Of a stretch of DNA of 64,000 bases, positions 36,993-47,456 are shown in pieces; positions within the stretch are counted from its first letter, which is position 1; every line of letters begins with the position of its first letter. Below the pieces are notes generated by a model, which worked only from the letters and a program-made list of their open reading frames with translations, was not told where the DNA came from and did no database searches. The DNA lies in the NCBI GenBank assembly GCA_964363635.1, contig CAYIIU010000001.1, positions 5,112 to 69,111 of the forward strand, written 5' to 3'. The DNA comes from an uncultured archaeon. Its GTDB lineage: Archaea; Iainarchaeota; Iainarchaeia; Iainarchaeales; VGJJ01. Made by a program: the position numbers and the translations under genes.

Positions 36993-37028
36993 TTTTCGCC
37001 AACGTTTTTTGCGAAGCAAAAAAGGTTG
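36993..37028 (+). repeat. tailed hairpin repeat, copy 8 (upstream of uL16)
   Basis: TTTTCGC-CAACGTTTTTTGC-GAA-GCAAAAAAGGTTG, ending 4 nt before the ATG. Confidence 0.7.
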
Positions 37029-37032
37029 TTTT

Positions 37033-37806
37033 ATGGGATTGAGACCTGCACACTGTTATCGAGGGCAAGACAAGCCCGCCTATTGCCGCATCGCGGTGAC
37101 GGTTCATGATAAGAACTTCATCGGAACGAATCCCCATTTGCGCACACGACAGTTCAACATGGGAAACCCCCTCAAGAAATACTCGCACATCGTAGACCTT
37201 TACTGCAACGCAGGAGACGTTCAAATCCGCGACAACGCCATTGAGTCCGCACGCTTGAACGTGAATCGTGCGCTAATCAAATCACTCGGAAAAGAAAACT
37301 TCTTCATGCGACTCCGAATTTATCCCTTTCACATTATCCGCGAAAATAAGTTAGCACAAGGAGCCGGTGCCGACCGTGTCTCGTCCGGAATGAAACACGC
37401 GTTCGGAAAACCCATTGGAAAAGCCGCGCGCTTGCGACAGGGAAAAGTTATTTTGTCTGTTTTATGCGACGAGACGCAAATCTCGGAAGCCAACCGCTGC
37501 CTCATGCGAGCGATGCCAAAAATGGGATTCCCCATGGGCGTGCGCGTGCACCAAGACTTGGAATCCATTGGAAAATTGCCCAAGAAAATGCGTGAAGAAA
37601 AAGTGGAAGTGGTTGCCGAAGTCGCAGCCGACGGAACGACCGCTCCCGCAGCCGAAGGAGACGCTGCCGCCGCCGGTGCCAAAGGCGCTGCAGCCCCCGC
37701 GAAAGGAGCCGCGCCTGCCAAAGCCGGTGCCAAGGATGCCAAGCCCGCCGCGGGTGGAAAACCAGCTGCCGGAAAAGAGGACAAAAAGGATGCCAAGAAA
37801 AAATAA
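37033..37806 (+). CDS. rpl10e: ribosomal protein uL16 (L10e) with Ala/Lys/Pro-rich tail
   Basis: LRPAHCYR, QIRDNAIESAR, RENK...GADR..GM..AFGKPIG. Confidence 0.96.
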   Translation: MGLRPAHCYRGQDKPAYCRIAVTVHDKNFIGTNPHLRTRQFNMGNPLKKYSHIVDLYCNAGDVQIRDNAIESARLNVNRALIKSLGKENFFMRLRIYPFHIIRENKLAQGAGADRVSSGMKHAFGKPIGKAARLRQGKVILSVLCDETQISEANRCLMRAMPKMGFPMGVRVHQDLESIGKLPKKMREEKVEVVAEVAADGTTAPAAEGDAAAAGAKGAAAPAKGAAPAKAGAKDAKPAAGGKPAAGKEDKKDAKKK

Positions 37807-37868
37807 TTCTCGGCCTCCGTTTCCCCCATCTTTGTTATCCCATCCCCTCGGCTCTCGCGTGAAAAAGT

Positions 37869-38888
37869 ATGGACAACCCGCCATTACAACTCAACGAATT
37901 GCTAGCTGAAGTCCGTTCACGTAAACCCAAATCTGTTTTGATTCAACTTCCGGAAGGATTGAAGACGAATGTGGTGCAGATTGAAGACGCATTCACGCGC
38001 GAAAATATCCCGGTGATTACCGTTCTTGACCCGTCATTCGGCGCGTGCGACATTGCGGACCACAAAGCCCAAATGCTCGGATGCGATTTGATTGTGCATT
38101 TGGGACATTCCAAAATGCTCCACACGGGAATCCCCGTCATTTATTGGCCCGTGGAATTTCCCATCGAAAAAAATATGATTCCCGGATGCGTGAAGGCGCT
38201 CGCCAAAGAAAAATTCTTCTCAACAAACAAAAAGATTGGAATTTATGTCACGATTCAATTCCACCGACACTTGAATGAGATCAAAAAAGAATTAGAATCT
38301 AAAGGATTCGAAATCTTTGTAGGAATGGGCGACTTGAAGGACGGGCAAATCCTCGGATGCGACGTTTCCGCGCGCAGAGATATTGAAGATAAAGTTGATG
38401 CGAATGTGTATTTCGGCGACGGATACTTTCACGCGCTTGCCATCGCATTCGCGAGCAAGAAACCCACGTACCAATACAACCCGTTCACGCTCAAAATTGA
38501 AAACTTGGAAAAATACAAAGAAAAATATTTGCGCCAGCGCTTCGGACTCATTGCCCAAGCGCGCGACGCGCAAACATTCGCCGTTATTTTGTGCACCAAA
38601 AAGGGTCAGCTTCGAAAAGCCCTCGCCATGCGCATGAAAAGCGAACTTGAACAAGCGGGAAAGAAAGTTTCTCTCGTCGCGATGGAACATGTTTCTCCCA
38701 ATTCATTGTTGGGAGTGGATGTGGATGCGTACGTGAACACGGCATGCTCACGTATTGCCACGGATGACTTTGAATCGTACAAAAAACCCATGCTCACTCC
38801 GATTGAAGTGGAAATTTTGTTAGGAAAACGCACGCCCGAAAACTACGTGTTTGATGAAATCAAACATTTAGGTATGAAAGTAATGTGA
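37869..38888 (+). CDS. dph2: diphthamide biosynthesis enzyme Dph2
   Basis: QLPEGLK, GACD, QILGCD, GYFH, TACSR. Confidence 0.95.
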   Translation: MDNPPLQLNELLAEVRSRKPKSVLIQLPEGLKTNVVQIEDAFTRENIPVITVLDPSFGACDIADHKAQMLGCDLIVHLGHSKMLHTGIPVIYWPVEFPIEKNMIPGCVKALAKEKFFSTNKKIGIYVTIQFHRHLNEIKKELESKGFEIFVGMGDLKDGQILGCDVSARRDIEDKVDANVYFGDGYFHALAIAFASKKPTYQYNPFTLKIENLEKYKEKYLRQRFGLIAQARDAQTFAVILCTKKGQLRKALAMRMKSELEQAGKKVSLVAMEHVSPNSLLGVDVDAYVNTACSRIATDDFESYKKPMLTPIEVEILLGKRTPENYVFDEIKHLGMKVM

Positions 38889-38904
38889 ACGTGTACGCGT
38901 AGAA

Positions 38905-39777
38905 TTAATTCGCGCCACTCACAACCCACGTTCCTTCATTGGATTGCTTGTTCAGAATGGCTTCGAGCTTGGAAACGTGCTTGTCGGATAAGAGAAGGGT
39001 TTCGACTTTGGAGCGGGCCATGACCAACGCCGTAAGCGGGTCCACAATGAACTGCTGGCTCGTCTTGAACGCGGCCTCGCTGGCCATCTTGGAAAAACGA
39101 CCGTGGTGCAACGTGTTCGAGGGGATATCCATGTCGGAAAACAAAACTAATTTTGCCCCCGCATTTTCGGCGAGCATCGCGGCACGGGCTTCCATCGATA
39201 AGGAGTCTTTGGAACCCAACATCACGGGCATCGCATCGCTCTGCAGCATGGAAACAGTTTCGCTGATTTCCTCGCACACTTGAGGGTGCGCTTGCGAAAG
39301 GGTGCGCAGCACTAATGAAGCGTTCAATCCGGAGCTCGCGCGCATTGCTTGCGAAATTTCATTGGGATGCAAACTCAATTGGTGCGCCGCGCGAGAGGCT
39401 ACTCTCACATCGGGAGATTCTCCGACAACAACAGCGATTTTTGTTCCGTTCGCACGCAAGGATTCGATTGTGGTTGCGAGTCGAGAAAGCCATGCGAGTT
39501 GGAATGAGTTTCCGCGCAAAATGGTGGAGCCGGGAATGGCAATGACGAGAGAATTAGAAATGGCCGTGCGAGATGCGGGGGCGAGTGTAGAAGGAAACGC
39601 GGATTCGTTCATGTCTCCATCAGGAGAAGGTTGGGTGTACAATCCTGCGTCTCCGCCAGACTCATTTTCAAATGCACTTTCCTTTGCGGAAGATTGAATT
39701 GGCGGACCATCCGTTTCAGGGGGGCTTTCAACCGGTTTCTTAGCGTCGGCTTCGCGAAATAAATCAAACATATCCAT
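38905..39777 (-). CDS. degenerate UMP kinase-like (AAK fold) protein with acidic N-terminal extension
   Basis: VIAIPGS, AVVVG, NASLV, AAMLAE, VDPL, C-terminal GTWV. Confidence 0.7.
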   Translation of the reverse strand: MDMFDLFREADAKKPVESPPETDGPPIQSSAKESAFENESGGDAGLYTQPSPDGDMNESAFPSTLAPASRTAISNSLVIAIPGSTILRGNSFQLAWLSRLATTIESLRANGTKIAVVVGESPDVRVASRAAHQLSLHPNEISQAMRASSGLNASLVLRTLSQAHPQVCEEISETVSMLQSDAMPVMLGSKDSLSMEARAAMLAENAGAKLVLFSDMDIPSNTLHHGRFSKMASEAAFKTSQQFIVDPLTALVMARSKVETLLLSDKHVSKLEAILNKQSNEGTWVVSGAN

Positions 39778-39881
39778 AAGGCGCCCCGCCTATCCAGACA
39801 GCTGCTACACCGCCACTCGTGATAATCCACCCACCTATAAAAACGTGTCGACTTCCTTACTATTCAGGACCATTCCACGTT

Positions 39882-41132
39882 ATGGCTAAAGAAACCCTTT
39901 TGGAAATAGATTCGGCTGAGCAAGCCCTATTCAAGAAAAAGCTCAAGGAGCTGGGCGGCTACAAGGGACGCGGAACCGAATTGATTTCCGTGTACATCCC
40001 CTATGGCACGGATCGCGGAACGGTCATGAACCAGCTCGCCACGGAAGTGGGCCAGAGTGGAAACATCAAATCCCCTCAAACACGGAAGAATGTTCAATCG
40101 GCACTCAAAAAAATTTCCAATTATTTGAAACAAATTGACTTTGCACTGCCTCCAACGGGACTCGTGGTGTTTGCGGGGAACGTCTCCCCCATCGAAGGAC
40201 GAAATGATTTGCGCATGTTCCCCGTGAAGCCATTGAAACCGCTGCGCACGAAATTGTATTGGTGCGATTCTTCGTTTCATTTAGCTCCGTTGGAAGAAAT
40301 GATGGTCCCCACCGAGGTGTACGTGTTCATTGTCATGGACAAGCGCGAAGCGACGGTTGCACTTCTGGTGGGAAAGCGATACGACATCATTGGACATTTT
40401 ACATCCAATGTTGCCGGCAAATTTAGGGCCGGTGGACAGTCGGCGCAGCGATTCGAACACTTGCGCGAGGAAGCCGCGAATGATTTTTACAAAAGTGTTT
40501 CGGGAAAAATAAACGCCACGTTAGAAGGAAAATGGGACAAGTTGCGCGGGATTATTGTGGGCGGGCCTGGGCAGACGAAAAAGGACTTTTTGGACGTGGG
40601 GGAGCTTGACTACCGCTTGAAGGACAAGATTTTGGGAATCATTGACTTGTCTTATACGGACGAATCGGGGATTCGCGAAATTATTCAGCGCTCGGATGAC
40701 ATTTTACGCAACACGGATTTGATGAGGGAGCGTGCGGTGTTGGAAAAGTTCATGCAGGCGGTTGCCAAAGATGGCCTTGCCACGTATGGACAGTTTGATG
40801 TGGAAGCCGCGCTCGCCAAAGGGCAAGTTTCCTTGTTAATTTTATCGGAAGGAATCACGTGGAGAATCATCAAAGTCAAATGCACGCATTGTAACGAGGA
40901 AAAAGTCTTCACGTTGAAAGACCCTAAGCAAGAATTTGATGATACCAAAATCAAATGCGAAAAGTGCCAATCCCCCGTAGAGGAAGTGGAAGAGACGGAC
41001 TACTTGGACCACTTGCTCGACACCGCCCACGCGATGGGAACGGAAACCCACGTTGTGAGTATGGACTCCGATGAGGGAGCGCAATTCTACAACGCATTCG
41101 GCGGGATTGGAGCGATGTTACGTTACAAATAA
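39882..41132 (+). CDS. prf1: peptide chain release factor aRF1
   Basis: NIKS, YWCD, GGQS, GGIGAMLRY. Confidence 0.97.
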   Translation: MAKETLLEIDSAEQALFKKKLKELGGYKGRGTELISVYIPYGTDRGTVMNQLATEVGQSGNIKSPQTRKNVQSALKKISNYLKQIDFALPPTGLVVFAGNVSPIEGRNDLRMFPVKPLKPLRTKLYWCDSSFHLAPLEEMMVPTEVYVFIVMDKREATVALLVGKRYDIIGHFTSNVAGKFRAGGQSAQRFEHLREEAANDFYKSVSGKINATLEGKWDKLRGIIVGGPGQTKKDFLDVGELDYRLKDKILGIIDLSYTDESGIREIIQRSDDILRNTDLMRERAVLEKFMQAVAKDGLATYGQFDVEAALAKGQVSLLILSEGITWRIIKVKCTHCNEEKVFTLKDPKQEFDDTKIKCEKCQSPVEEVEETDYLDHLLDTAHAMGTETHVVSMDSDEGAQFYNAFGGIGAMLRYK

Positions 41133-41141
41133 GGTGATACA

Positions 41142-41564
41142 ATGACGATTCGACTCGCAACCCTCGCCGATTTGGAAATTATTCTTCCCATCATGCGGAA
41201 ATTGGATGATGAAAACAACCATTATTCGGACGAGAAAGCGATAAAGGACATTACCAACAAACACATGTATGTTTCCGTGCATGACAAAAAAATCGTGGGA
41301 ACGATGGTCGTGGACATCTACATCGGCACGTGCGAGATTGTGCGCATCGTCTCCAACCAAAAAGGCTGCGGACGAGAAATGGTCGAATACGTGATTGAAA
41401 AATGCAAAAAGGAAAAAATTCCCAAGGTATGGTGCTGGAGTTCCGCTTGGCACGGCGCAGAAGGGTTTTACAAGAAAATGGGTTTTGAAGAACAATATCT
41501 GCTCCGCAAGCAGTGGCACGGGAAGGATTGCTGGATATTCGGGAAAGTCATCCCACTCATATAG
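41142..41564 (+). CDS. GNAT family N-acetyltransferase
   Basis: KGCG..., A..FYKKMGF. Confidence 0.88.
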   Translation: MTIRLATLADLEIILPIMRKLDDENNHYSDEKAIKDITNKHMYVSVHDKKIVGTMVVDIYIGTCEIVRIVSNQKGCGREMVEYVIEKCKKEKIPKVWCWSSAWHGAEGFYKKMGFEEQYLLRKQWHGKDCWIFGKVIPLI

Positions 41565-41586
41565 AAATCAAAATTGAAATGGGCTA

Positions 41587-42055
41587 ATGAATTTACGTCC
41601 ACCAAAAATTCAACATAGTTTTTTATTCGCAAGCGAAGATATAGAAGAACCTATGAACCGGTTTCAAGAGTTTATTGCGTTGGTGGTATCGGTATTTGGA
41701 ATATCGACCAGCCAGTCTACCCTGCTCATTTTCTCCAACATCACCGTTGGAATGGTAGGAACAATTCTCTTTTTCGCCGGTGTCATTGGGATGATTTTTG
41801 ATGACATTAAAGAGTTCTTTGACTTTACGGCATACTAAATATGTTGCCTATGTCCAGATTTGGGCGGCATTCTGCCTTGCAATATTTGCCAGCCAATTTT
41901 TGGGTGTTGTTGAAATTCGAACCAGCACGCAACAAATTATTGCCATCAATAATTTTGTGATTGCCATTCTATTTGGGCTCACCGGGTTCTTTTTCTTCCG
42001 CTCCAGACTCCGCAGGATAGAACGAATGGTTCATACTGGAAAGGTAGGGGATTAA
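41587..42055 (+). pseudogene. membrane protein split by an apparent one-base frameshift
   Basis: Two overlapping 2-TM ORFs; deleting one T in GACTTTACGG (41821) fuses them as DIKEFFDLRHTKY. Confidence 0.45.
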
Positions 42056-42074
42056 AGACGCCGCGCAATAATCT

Positions 42075-43325
42075 ATGTCCATGAACCTCCCGTATTTGAC
42101 GAAAACGCCCCCATTGGGAGGGGAGCTCAAACGCCGCATTGAGGACTTTGTGGTGGAGGAGATATTGGAAGATGGCACGGTTTGCGAACTCGAACAATTG
42201 AACCAAAATCCTCCGCAGAAGATTGCGTTGGCGATTCCAGACAATCCTAACCCCGCGAAAATGGACCAGCTGCATGTGCGGATGGAAAAATTCAACATTG
42301 AAACCACATTCGCCATTCGAACGCTTTCACGCGGAACCGGGGGGAGCGTGAAGCGCATTGGCTACGCGGGATTGAAGGACAAGCGCGCACTCACATGCCA
42401 ACGCGTATCTTTTTGGCGCCCCGACGTGGCAAAACTTTCGAAGTTTTTTGTGAAGGGTTTAGCGTTGCATCATGCGCAATGGTCCGACAAGCGAATCGAT
42501 TTGGGAATGTTGCGCGGAAATAAGTTTACGATTGTCATTCGAAACATGGAAGGAAATGAAGAGGATATTCGAAAAAAGATTGACGAATTTGCATTGCAAC
42601 TTGGACAAGGGGTTCCCAATTATTTTGGAGAGCAGCGCTTTGGGGGGTATCGCGAAATTACGCATGTCGTGGGAAAATTGCTCTTGCAAAATCGCACCGA
42701 AGAAGCCATCATGGAATATTTATGCAAGGAAAGCGAGGGAGAACTGGATAGCCTGCGCGACGCACGCAAACGATTGCGTGAAACAAGGGATTTTGCTGCC
42801 GCGTTAAAGGAATTTCCCGACTCGGCGCACTTTGAAATCGCCATGCTGAATCATTTGGTGAATTTGCCTACCGATTTTGCAGGAGCATTCCAACGATTGC
42901 CCGCGCAGACGCGGTATTTGTTCACGCACGCGTACCAGAGCCACGTGTTCAATTTGATTGTCGCCGAACGTGTGAAACGGAAGCTGTTTTACCCTATGGA
43001 AGGAGATGTTTTAGAAAATGGAATTCCAACCGCCGTGTTACCCGGAATCCGCTCCAAACTTGCGAAGGGAATTCCGGGCGAACTTGAGCAACAAATCATG
43101 ACGGAGGAGAAGATTACCCCTGCGTTTTTTGCCAACCCCAACATGAACGAATTGGCGAGCTGGGGCGGGAGAAAACCCATCTTGCTGCGCGTGCACGATT
43201 TTAGATTGAACAAAGTGGTGGCGGATGCATTCTATCCTGAAAGGATGGCCGCAAGTGTTTCATTTTGGCTGGACAAAGGAACGTATGCTACCGTGGCGCT
43301 GCGCGAACTGCTGAAGAACGAATGA
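42075..43325 (+). CDS. truD: tRNA pseudouridine(13) synthase
   Basis: EDFVVEE, YAGLKDK, GNKF, NYFGEQRFG, YATVALRE. Confidence 0.96.
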   Translation: MSMNLPYLTKTPPLGGELKRRIEDFVVEEILEDGTVCELEQLNQNPPQKIALAIPDNPNPAKMDQLHVRMEKFNIETTFAIRTLSRGTGGSVKRIGYAGLKDKRALTCQRVSFWRPDVAKLSKFFVKGLALHHAQWSDKRIDLGMLRGNKFTIVIRNMEGNEEDIRKKIDEFALQLGQGVPNYFGEQRFGGYREITHVVGKLLLQNRTEEAIMEYLCKESEGELDSLRDARKRLRETRDFAAALKEFPDSAHFEIAMLNHLVNLPTDFAGAFQRLPAQTRYLFTHAYQSHVFNLIVAERVKRKLFYPMEGDVLENGIPTAVLPGIRSKLAKGIPGELEQQIMTEEKITPAFFANPNMNELASWGGRKPILLRVHDFRLNKVVADAFYPERMAASVSFWLDKGTYATVALRELLKNE

Positions 43326-43406
43326 GCCGGCATTAAAGAAATATTAAAAAAAATAGAAATATTGTGAGAAGGAAGAAAAGGGGGAAAAAAATCATTTCAG
43401 GATATT

Positions 43407-44057
43407 CTATTTTTGATTCGCAGCCACCACCCGATTAGTGGAATCAATCAACTCTCCCGCGTCGGGAAACATTCCGCGCAAAAACAAAAAATTGACTCCG
43501 GAAACATCAGTGTCTTTCACGGGTTTGATGGTGACTTTTTTTGAGGAGAGCTCCACAATGGGGCGTGATTGAGAAGCATTGGGAAAATCCAATTCTAAGA
43601 CGACTGAATTAGGGGCATCCAACAGGGAAACACATTCGCTCACCGAAATAGTTTCATTGTCTTTCCCCGAACCGAAGTCGGTCTGGCAGGAAACCCACTT
43701 TCCATTGGACGCAGATGAGTCAAACACTCGAATTACAGTCAGCGTGCTCTTTCGGTGGCCGCTTAGCACAATCTGATCTTGAATCAGGAGGTTGGCCGCG
43801 GCCGTGTTAAGCGGACTATTCCCCAACACCATGTGGGGGGAGATAATGAAACTCTGTTCCGCTGATAAGAGGGATAATAGTTGAGTGGGGACCCCCTCAT
43901 TGGATGCGAAAAGGATTCCCTGCGCGCTCTCCGTATATGCGTACCCCTGCGAAAAAAGGGCGTTCCACGCGTTGTGGGGGGTGACACCTGAAAGATAGGC
44001 AAAAGCGGCTATCCCAAACAAGACGACAAAAACAGCATACAATTTGGCGTTGCGCAT
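43407..44057 (-). CDS. membrane-anchored hypothetical protein
   Basis: N-terminal TM helix; lies downstream of the S-layer gene. Confidence 0.75.
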   Translation of the reverse strand: MRNAKLYAVFVVLFGIAAFAYLSGVTPHNAWNALFSQGYAYTESAQGILFASNEGVPTQLLSLLSAEQSFIISPHMVLGNSPLNTAAANLLIQDQIVLSGHRKSTLTVIRVFDSSASNGKWVSCQTDFGSGKDNETISVSECVSLLDAPNSVVLELDFPNASQSRPIVELSSKKVTIKPVKDTDVSGVNFLFLRGMFPDAGELIDSTNRVVAANQK

Positions 44058-44156
44058 AGGTGTAACACGAGCAAAAAAGACTTTAAATCCGGCAGGAAAA
44101 GAATGGGAAAAAACAATGTGAAAGATTTGACTGAAATTTTAGGAGAAAAAATGGTT

Positions 44157-44198
44157 AAAAAAAAAAAAAAGATAGAGGAAGGGTCGAAACCCTTCCTC
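44157..44198 (-). terminator. hairpin plus oligo-T terminator of the S-layer gene
   Basis: Minus strand GAGGAAGGGT-TTCG-ACCCTTCCTC, then TATC and T14. Confidence 0.85.
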
Positions 44199-44213
44199 GT
44201 GTATTGAATGTAT

Positions 44214-47200
44214 TTATGCGGCGTCCAAGGCTGAAATAAGCTCTTGGGCAGCGGTACCGGTGTCGGCTGCGGTGTATCCGGCCACAATGATGTTGCTGCC
44301 GTATACTCCAGCGACTTTGTCTCCGGAAGCGTTCAACAAATCAGCCACTTCTGTAGCCAATGCGTTAACCGCGGGTCCGCCGACCACAATCTTAGGTCCC
44401 GGGACTGACTGAGCGTCCGTATAGACTTGCGCCTTACCATTCAAGGGGGCGGGCGTCATGTACGTGAAGCCTGTTCCGTTCGTAACGACTGTGGATCCGT
44501 CCGTAACCGTGGCGGTGTAGGTGACATCCTTCACGGTAACCGTTGTTCCCGTAGTGAATGTTCCAGTCTCGCCTTCCTTGACCGTAATTTCTTCTCCACC
44601 CGTTACTGTAGAAGTCGTGGACTCCCCAGAAACGAGGAACGAAATATTCGGTCGTGCGTCAGGAATCCACCACTCGGCGGTCTGTCCGTCGGCGATAGAC
44701 ATCTTGGTACCCCAATCGGTGTACGCGCTGGCTAACGAAGAGCTGGACGTACTGTCGTTGCTCAACGATAACGTGACGCCGTTCAAAGCTTGGGCGGTTC
44801 GACCATAGTTCACATCGACAGTTGGAGTAGAGATCTTGTTAGATGCTCCGCCCAACAAGGGGATGCGGTCATTTCGTGTGTCAATGTGGGCGCGCGAATT
44901 GTATCCAAAGGCTGTACCGTTGTTTTCATCCACACCGAAGAATGCAGTAATAACAGTCTCGGCGGAAGGATCCTTACCATAGTTGTCAATCTGCGGAACA
45001 TAGAAGTTAATATCCGGTGTTCCATCTTCTCCAAGATCTGAACCGAAGAAGGCCAAATTCTTGGACTTCTGCAATCCACCACTCACAGGAATAGCTTGAC
45101 CGGTACCGCTCGAGACGGCGTTGAAGATATTACCCTGCAACGACAGATAGACACCCTCGCTGGATCCTCTGCTGTTAATGGATGTTCCACTCTCATTGAC
45201 GAAGAACCCGTAGGCAACCGCGTAGTTGTCTCCCGACAAATTCAATCGAGGACCAGCTCCGATTCCGCCCAAGTTACCGGCTGCGGTAACATTGGCATCG
45301 TCGTAGAAGAACACGTGCGCCATCGCGGCCGTGGTCATTCCCGCTCCATTTACTCTCGGATTCGATGCACCCGCTGCTCCGTCTAAGAAGTCGGACGAAG
45401 CCGTGGACGAATTGATTTGGGCCTTCGCAAATCGAGCCCATCCGTCGGCCTGCAAGCGAACCTGCGTATAGTTGGTTGTTGGAGCGACCGTCAAGTAACT
45501 CACTCCACTCAACACAACGTTGACAGGGCCTGTGCCGTTAATGTCGATGCTACCTAAATCCGTTGTCATTTCCAACGTGACGGGGTTGATGTCGATTGCA
45601 ACACCATTCAGAATATCTCCGTCTGCCACATTGAAGTCCTGCGTGGCTTGGTTCACATCGTAATAGAGTGTCTTGTTTCCATTGTCGAAATTGAACTGGA
45701 TTCCGTTCGAGTTCGAGGCAAAAGTACCGGCACTCAATGTACTGCTTCCACTATCTCCTGCTTCAGGCAATCGGACCCACATGGGAACGCGGTGTGTCGT
45801 GTCTTGGGCATCTTTGAATTCTAATTCATTGTTTCCAATCTGCACATACACCATGGCTTGGTCTTCCTTGAAACCATTGAAGGTTATCTTGAAGGCATCC
45901 TCACCTAATGCTCCTGTTCCATCTAAGAAGGATACTTCGTGCGTACCGGCTGTTCCAGCGGCGGTCAAAGAATCATCCGTCGAATAGAAGGGATGGTCCG
46001 AGTCAAATACGGAAATAGGCCAACCTTTGACTAAGTTCGCGGCAGTAGTGGTCGCAGTCGTAGTCGACTTGGTCGTGTTCTTAATCACAATTTTTGTCAA
46101 TCGATTTGAGCTCGCGGTCTCGGTTAATGTAACCTGATAGGGTCCGTTGATGTTTTCGGCATCCACTTGCTCGTTATACGGATAGTTTTGCCCATCCAAT
46201 AAGCGAACCGAAGAAGTCCCGACTAAGACTTCAACTGCACCTTCATTCGTTCCGGTATTCACCGAGGCAGAGTCCAAATAGACATCGCCGCTAATGACAT
46301 CGTCACCAGCTGAGTCTTCGAATTCTACGAAGTTTCCAGCGGACACTGTTTGCGTGTCAACCACGTTTCCGGCTTCATCCGTCAAGTTAAACTTAGCTTG
46401 ATAGGTTGCAGCAGCAGGTCCGGTTGCAACGACTGAAACCACAGTAACAGTCAACGTTTGACCACTATAGGCTCCAACTCCCTGCGCGGTAAAAGATTCC
46501 CCAGCGACGAATGTCTGCTTGGCCTTATCCTCCACTAAGCGCAACTCTACAACGTTGTTGCTGTCGTCAATATCGACTTTCTGAACCAAAAAGGTTTTCC
46601 CGAAGAAAGGGATGCGAATATTGTCATCCGACGTGTCGGTGAAATCGGTTGTCGAATTGGCGGCTGCACTCGTGGGAATTCCCGCACCGAGGCTGACCAC
46701 ATAGTTGATGTCTCCAGAGTCGAGTCGCGTAACCAAGTCTTTCACTTGCGTGGCGGTATCGAACTTAGGATTCAATTTTACTCCAACGGTTTCCTTCACA
46801 TCAATGGATGTGGAGCTTCCATTGTATTTGTACGAAAGAGATTTATCGGTCAAAAAAGATAATGGATCTTTTCCGATATCAGACGAATATTCGGCTGTTG
46901 CACCCGTCGAGTTCAACGGAGTGTTGTCAAATGTTTTTCCACCCGATGTGGTGACTGTTCCTCCTAACGCTAAGACAGCAGCAATGTCTGTAACAACGGC
47001 TGTACCGGTTCCGGTTCCGCCTGTGTAGACTTTTTCCATGACTGCTTTTTCAACGACCTTTCGGGCAATGTTTCCGGCCCAGACACCGTCTGAAACAGCG
47101 GCGCTTGATCCAACCACAATGTTCACATTGGGGGACATTTCGGCGTTGTATGTAACTGATTTGGCTTCTGCGCTAGTAATGGCTGAAACCATCGGGGCCA

Positions 47201-47267
47201 TTGCGGCACCTAACAAGGCTCCACCAGCTACAATAGCTGCGAGTTTGCGTACTTTCAAAACATTCAT
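44214..47267 (-). CDS. S-layer protein (MJ0822-like N and C domains)
   Basis: KVRKLAAIVAGGALLG leader, IVVG..AA.SD, IVVGGPAVN, IVAGYTAADT..AA; T/S/G/D/N-rich. Confidence 0.92.
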   Translation of the reverse strand: MNVLKVRKLAAIVAGGALLGAAMAPMVSAITSAEAKSVTYNAEMSPNVNIVVGSSAAVSDGVWAGNIARKVVEKAVMEKVYTGGTGTGTAVVTDIAAVLALGGTVTTSGGKTFDNTPLNSTGATAEYSSDIGKDPLSFLTDKSLSYKYNGSSTSIDVKETVGVKLNPKFDTATQVKDLVTRLDSGDINYVVSLGAGIPTSAAANSTTDFTDTSDDNIRIPFFGKTFLVQKVDIDDSNNVVELRLVEDKAKQTFVAGESFTAQGVGAYSGQTLTVTVVSVVATGPAAATYQAKFNLTDEAGNVVDTQTVSAGNFVEFEDSAGDDVISGDVYLDSASVNTGTNEGAVEVLVGTSSVRLLDGQNYPYNEQVDAENINGPYQVTLTETASSNRLTKIVIKNTTKSTTTATTTAANLVKGWPISVFDSDHPFYSTDDSLTAAGTAGTHEVSFLDGTGALGEDAFKITFNGFKEDQAMVYVQIGNNELEFKDAQDTTHRVPMWVRLPEAGDSGSSTLSAGTFASNSNGIQFNFDNGNKTLYYDVNQATQDFNVADGDILNGVAIDINPVTLEMTTDLGSIDINGTGPVNVVLSGVSYLTVAPTTNYTQVRLQADGWARFAKAQINSSTASSDFLDGAAGASNPRVNGAGMTTAAMAHVFFYDDANVTAAGNLGGIGAGPRLNLSGDNYAVAYGFFVNESGTSINSRGSSEGVYLSLQGNIFNAVSSGTGQAIPVSGGLQKSKNLAFFGSDLGEDGTPDINFYVPQIDNYGKDPSAETVITAFFGVDENNGTAFGYNSRAHIDTRNDRIPLLGGASNKISTPTVDVNYGRTAQALNGVTLSLSNDSTSSSSLASAYTDWGTKMSIADGQTAEWWIPDARPNISFLVSGESTTSTVTGGEEITVKEGETGTFTTGTTVTVKDVTYTATVTDGSTVVTNGTGFTYMTPAPLNGKAQVYTDAQSVPGPKIVVGGPAVNALATEVADLLNASGDKVAGVYGSNIIVAGYTAADTGTAAQELISALDAA

Positions 47268-47385
47268 TTGTGTTCACCTCACGATCACAAACGAGCATAC
47301 GCACCAATACAACATTCAAAGAATAGTCGGTATCGATGACTGGCTCATTGAGTCATACCCTAGGTCAAGCCCTTTAAATATCTTA
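47268..47385 (-). promoter_or_regulatory. S-layer promoter and 5' UTR
   Basis: TATTTAAA box at 47373-47380, hairpin-forming leader, RBS GAGGTGA at 47274-47280. Confidence 0.6.
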
Positions 47386-47456
47386 CTAGTTTTGTACGAC
47401 TCTTAACGAAGTATCGGGACCCTTTATAACCAAACGACCCCCCAAACCACGTACAA

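Noticed and set aside
37610..37800. GC-rich repeats as an RNA or mobile element
   Set aside because: They are explained by the Ala/Lys/Pro coding tail of uL16.
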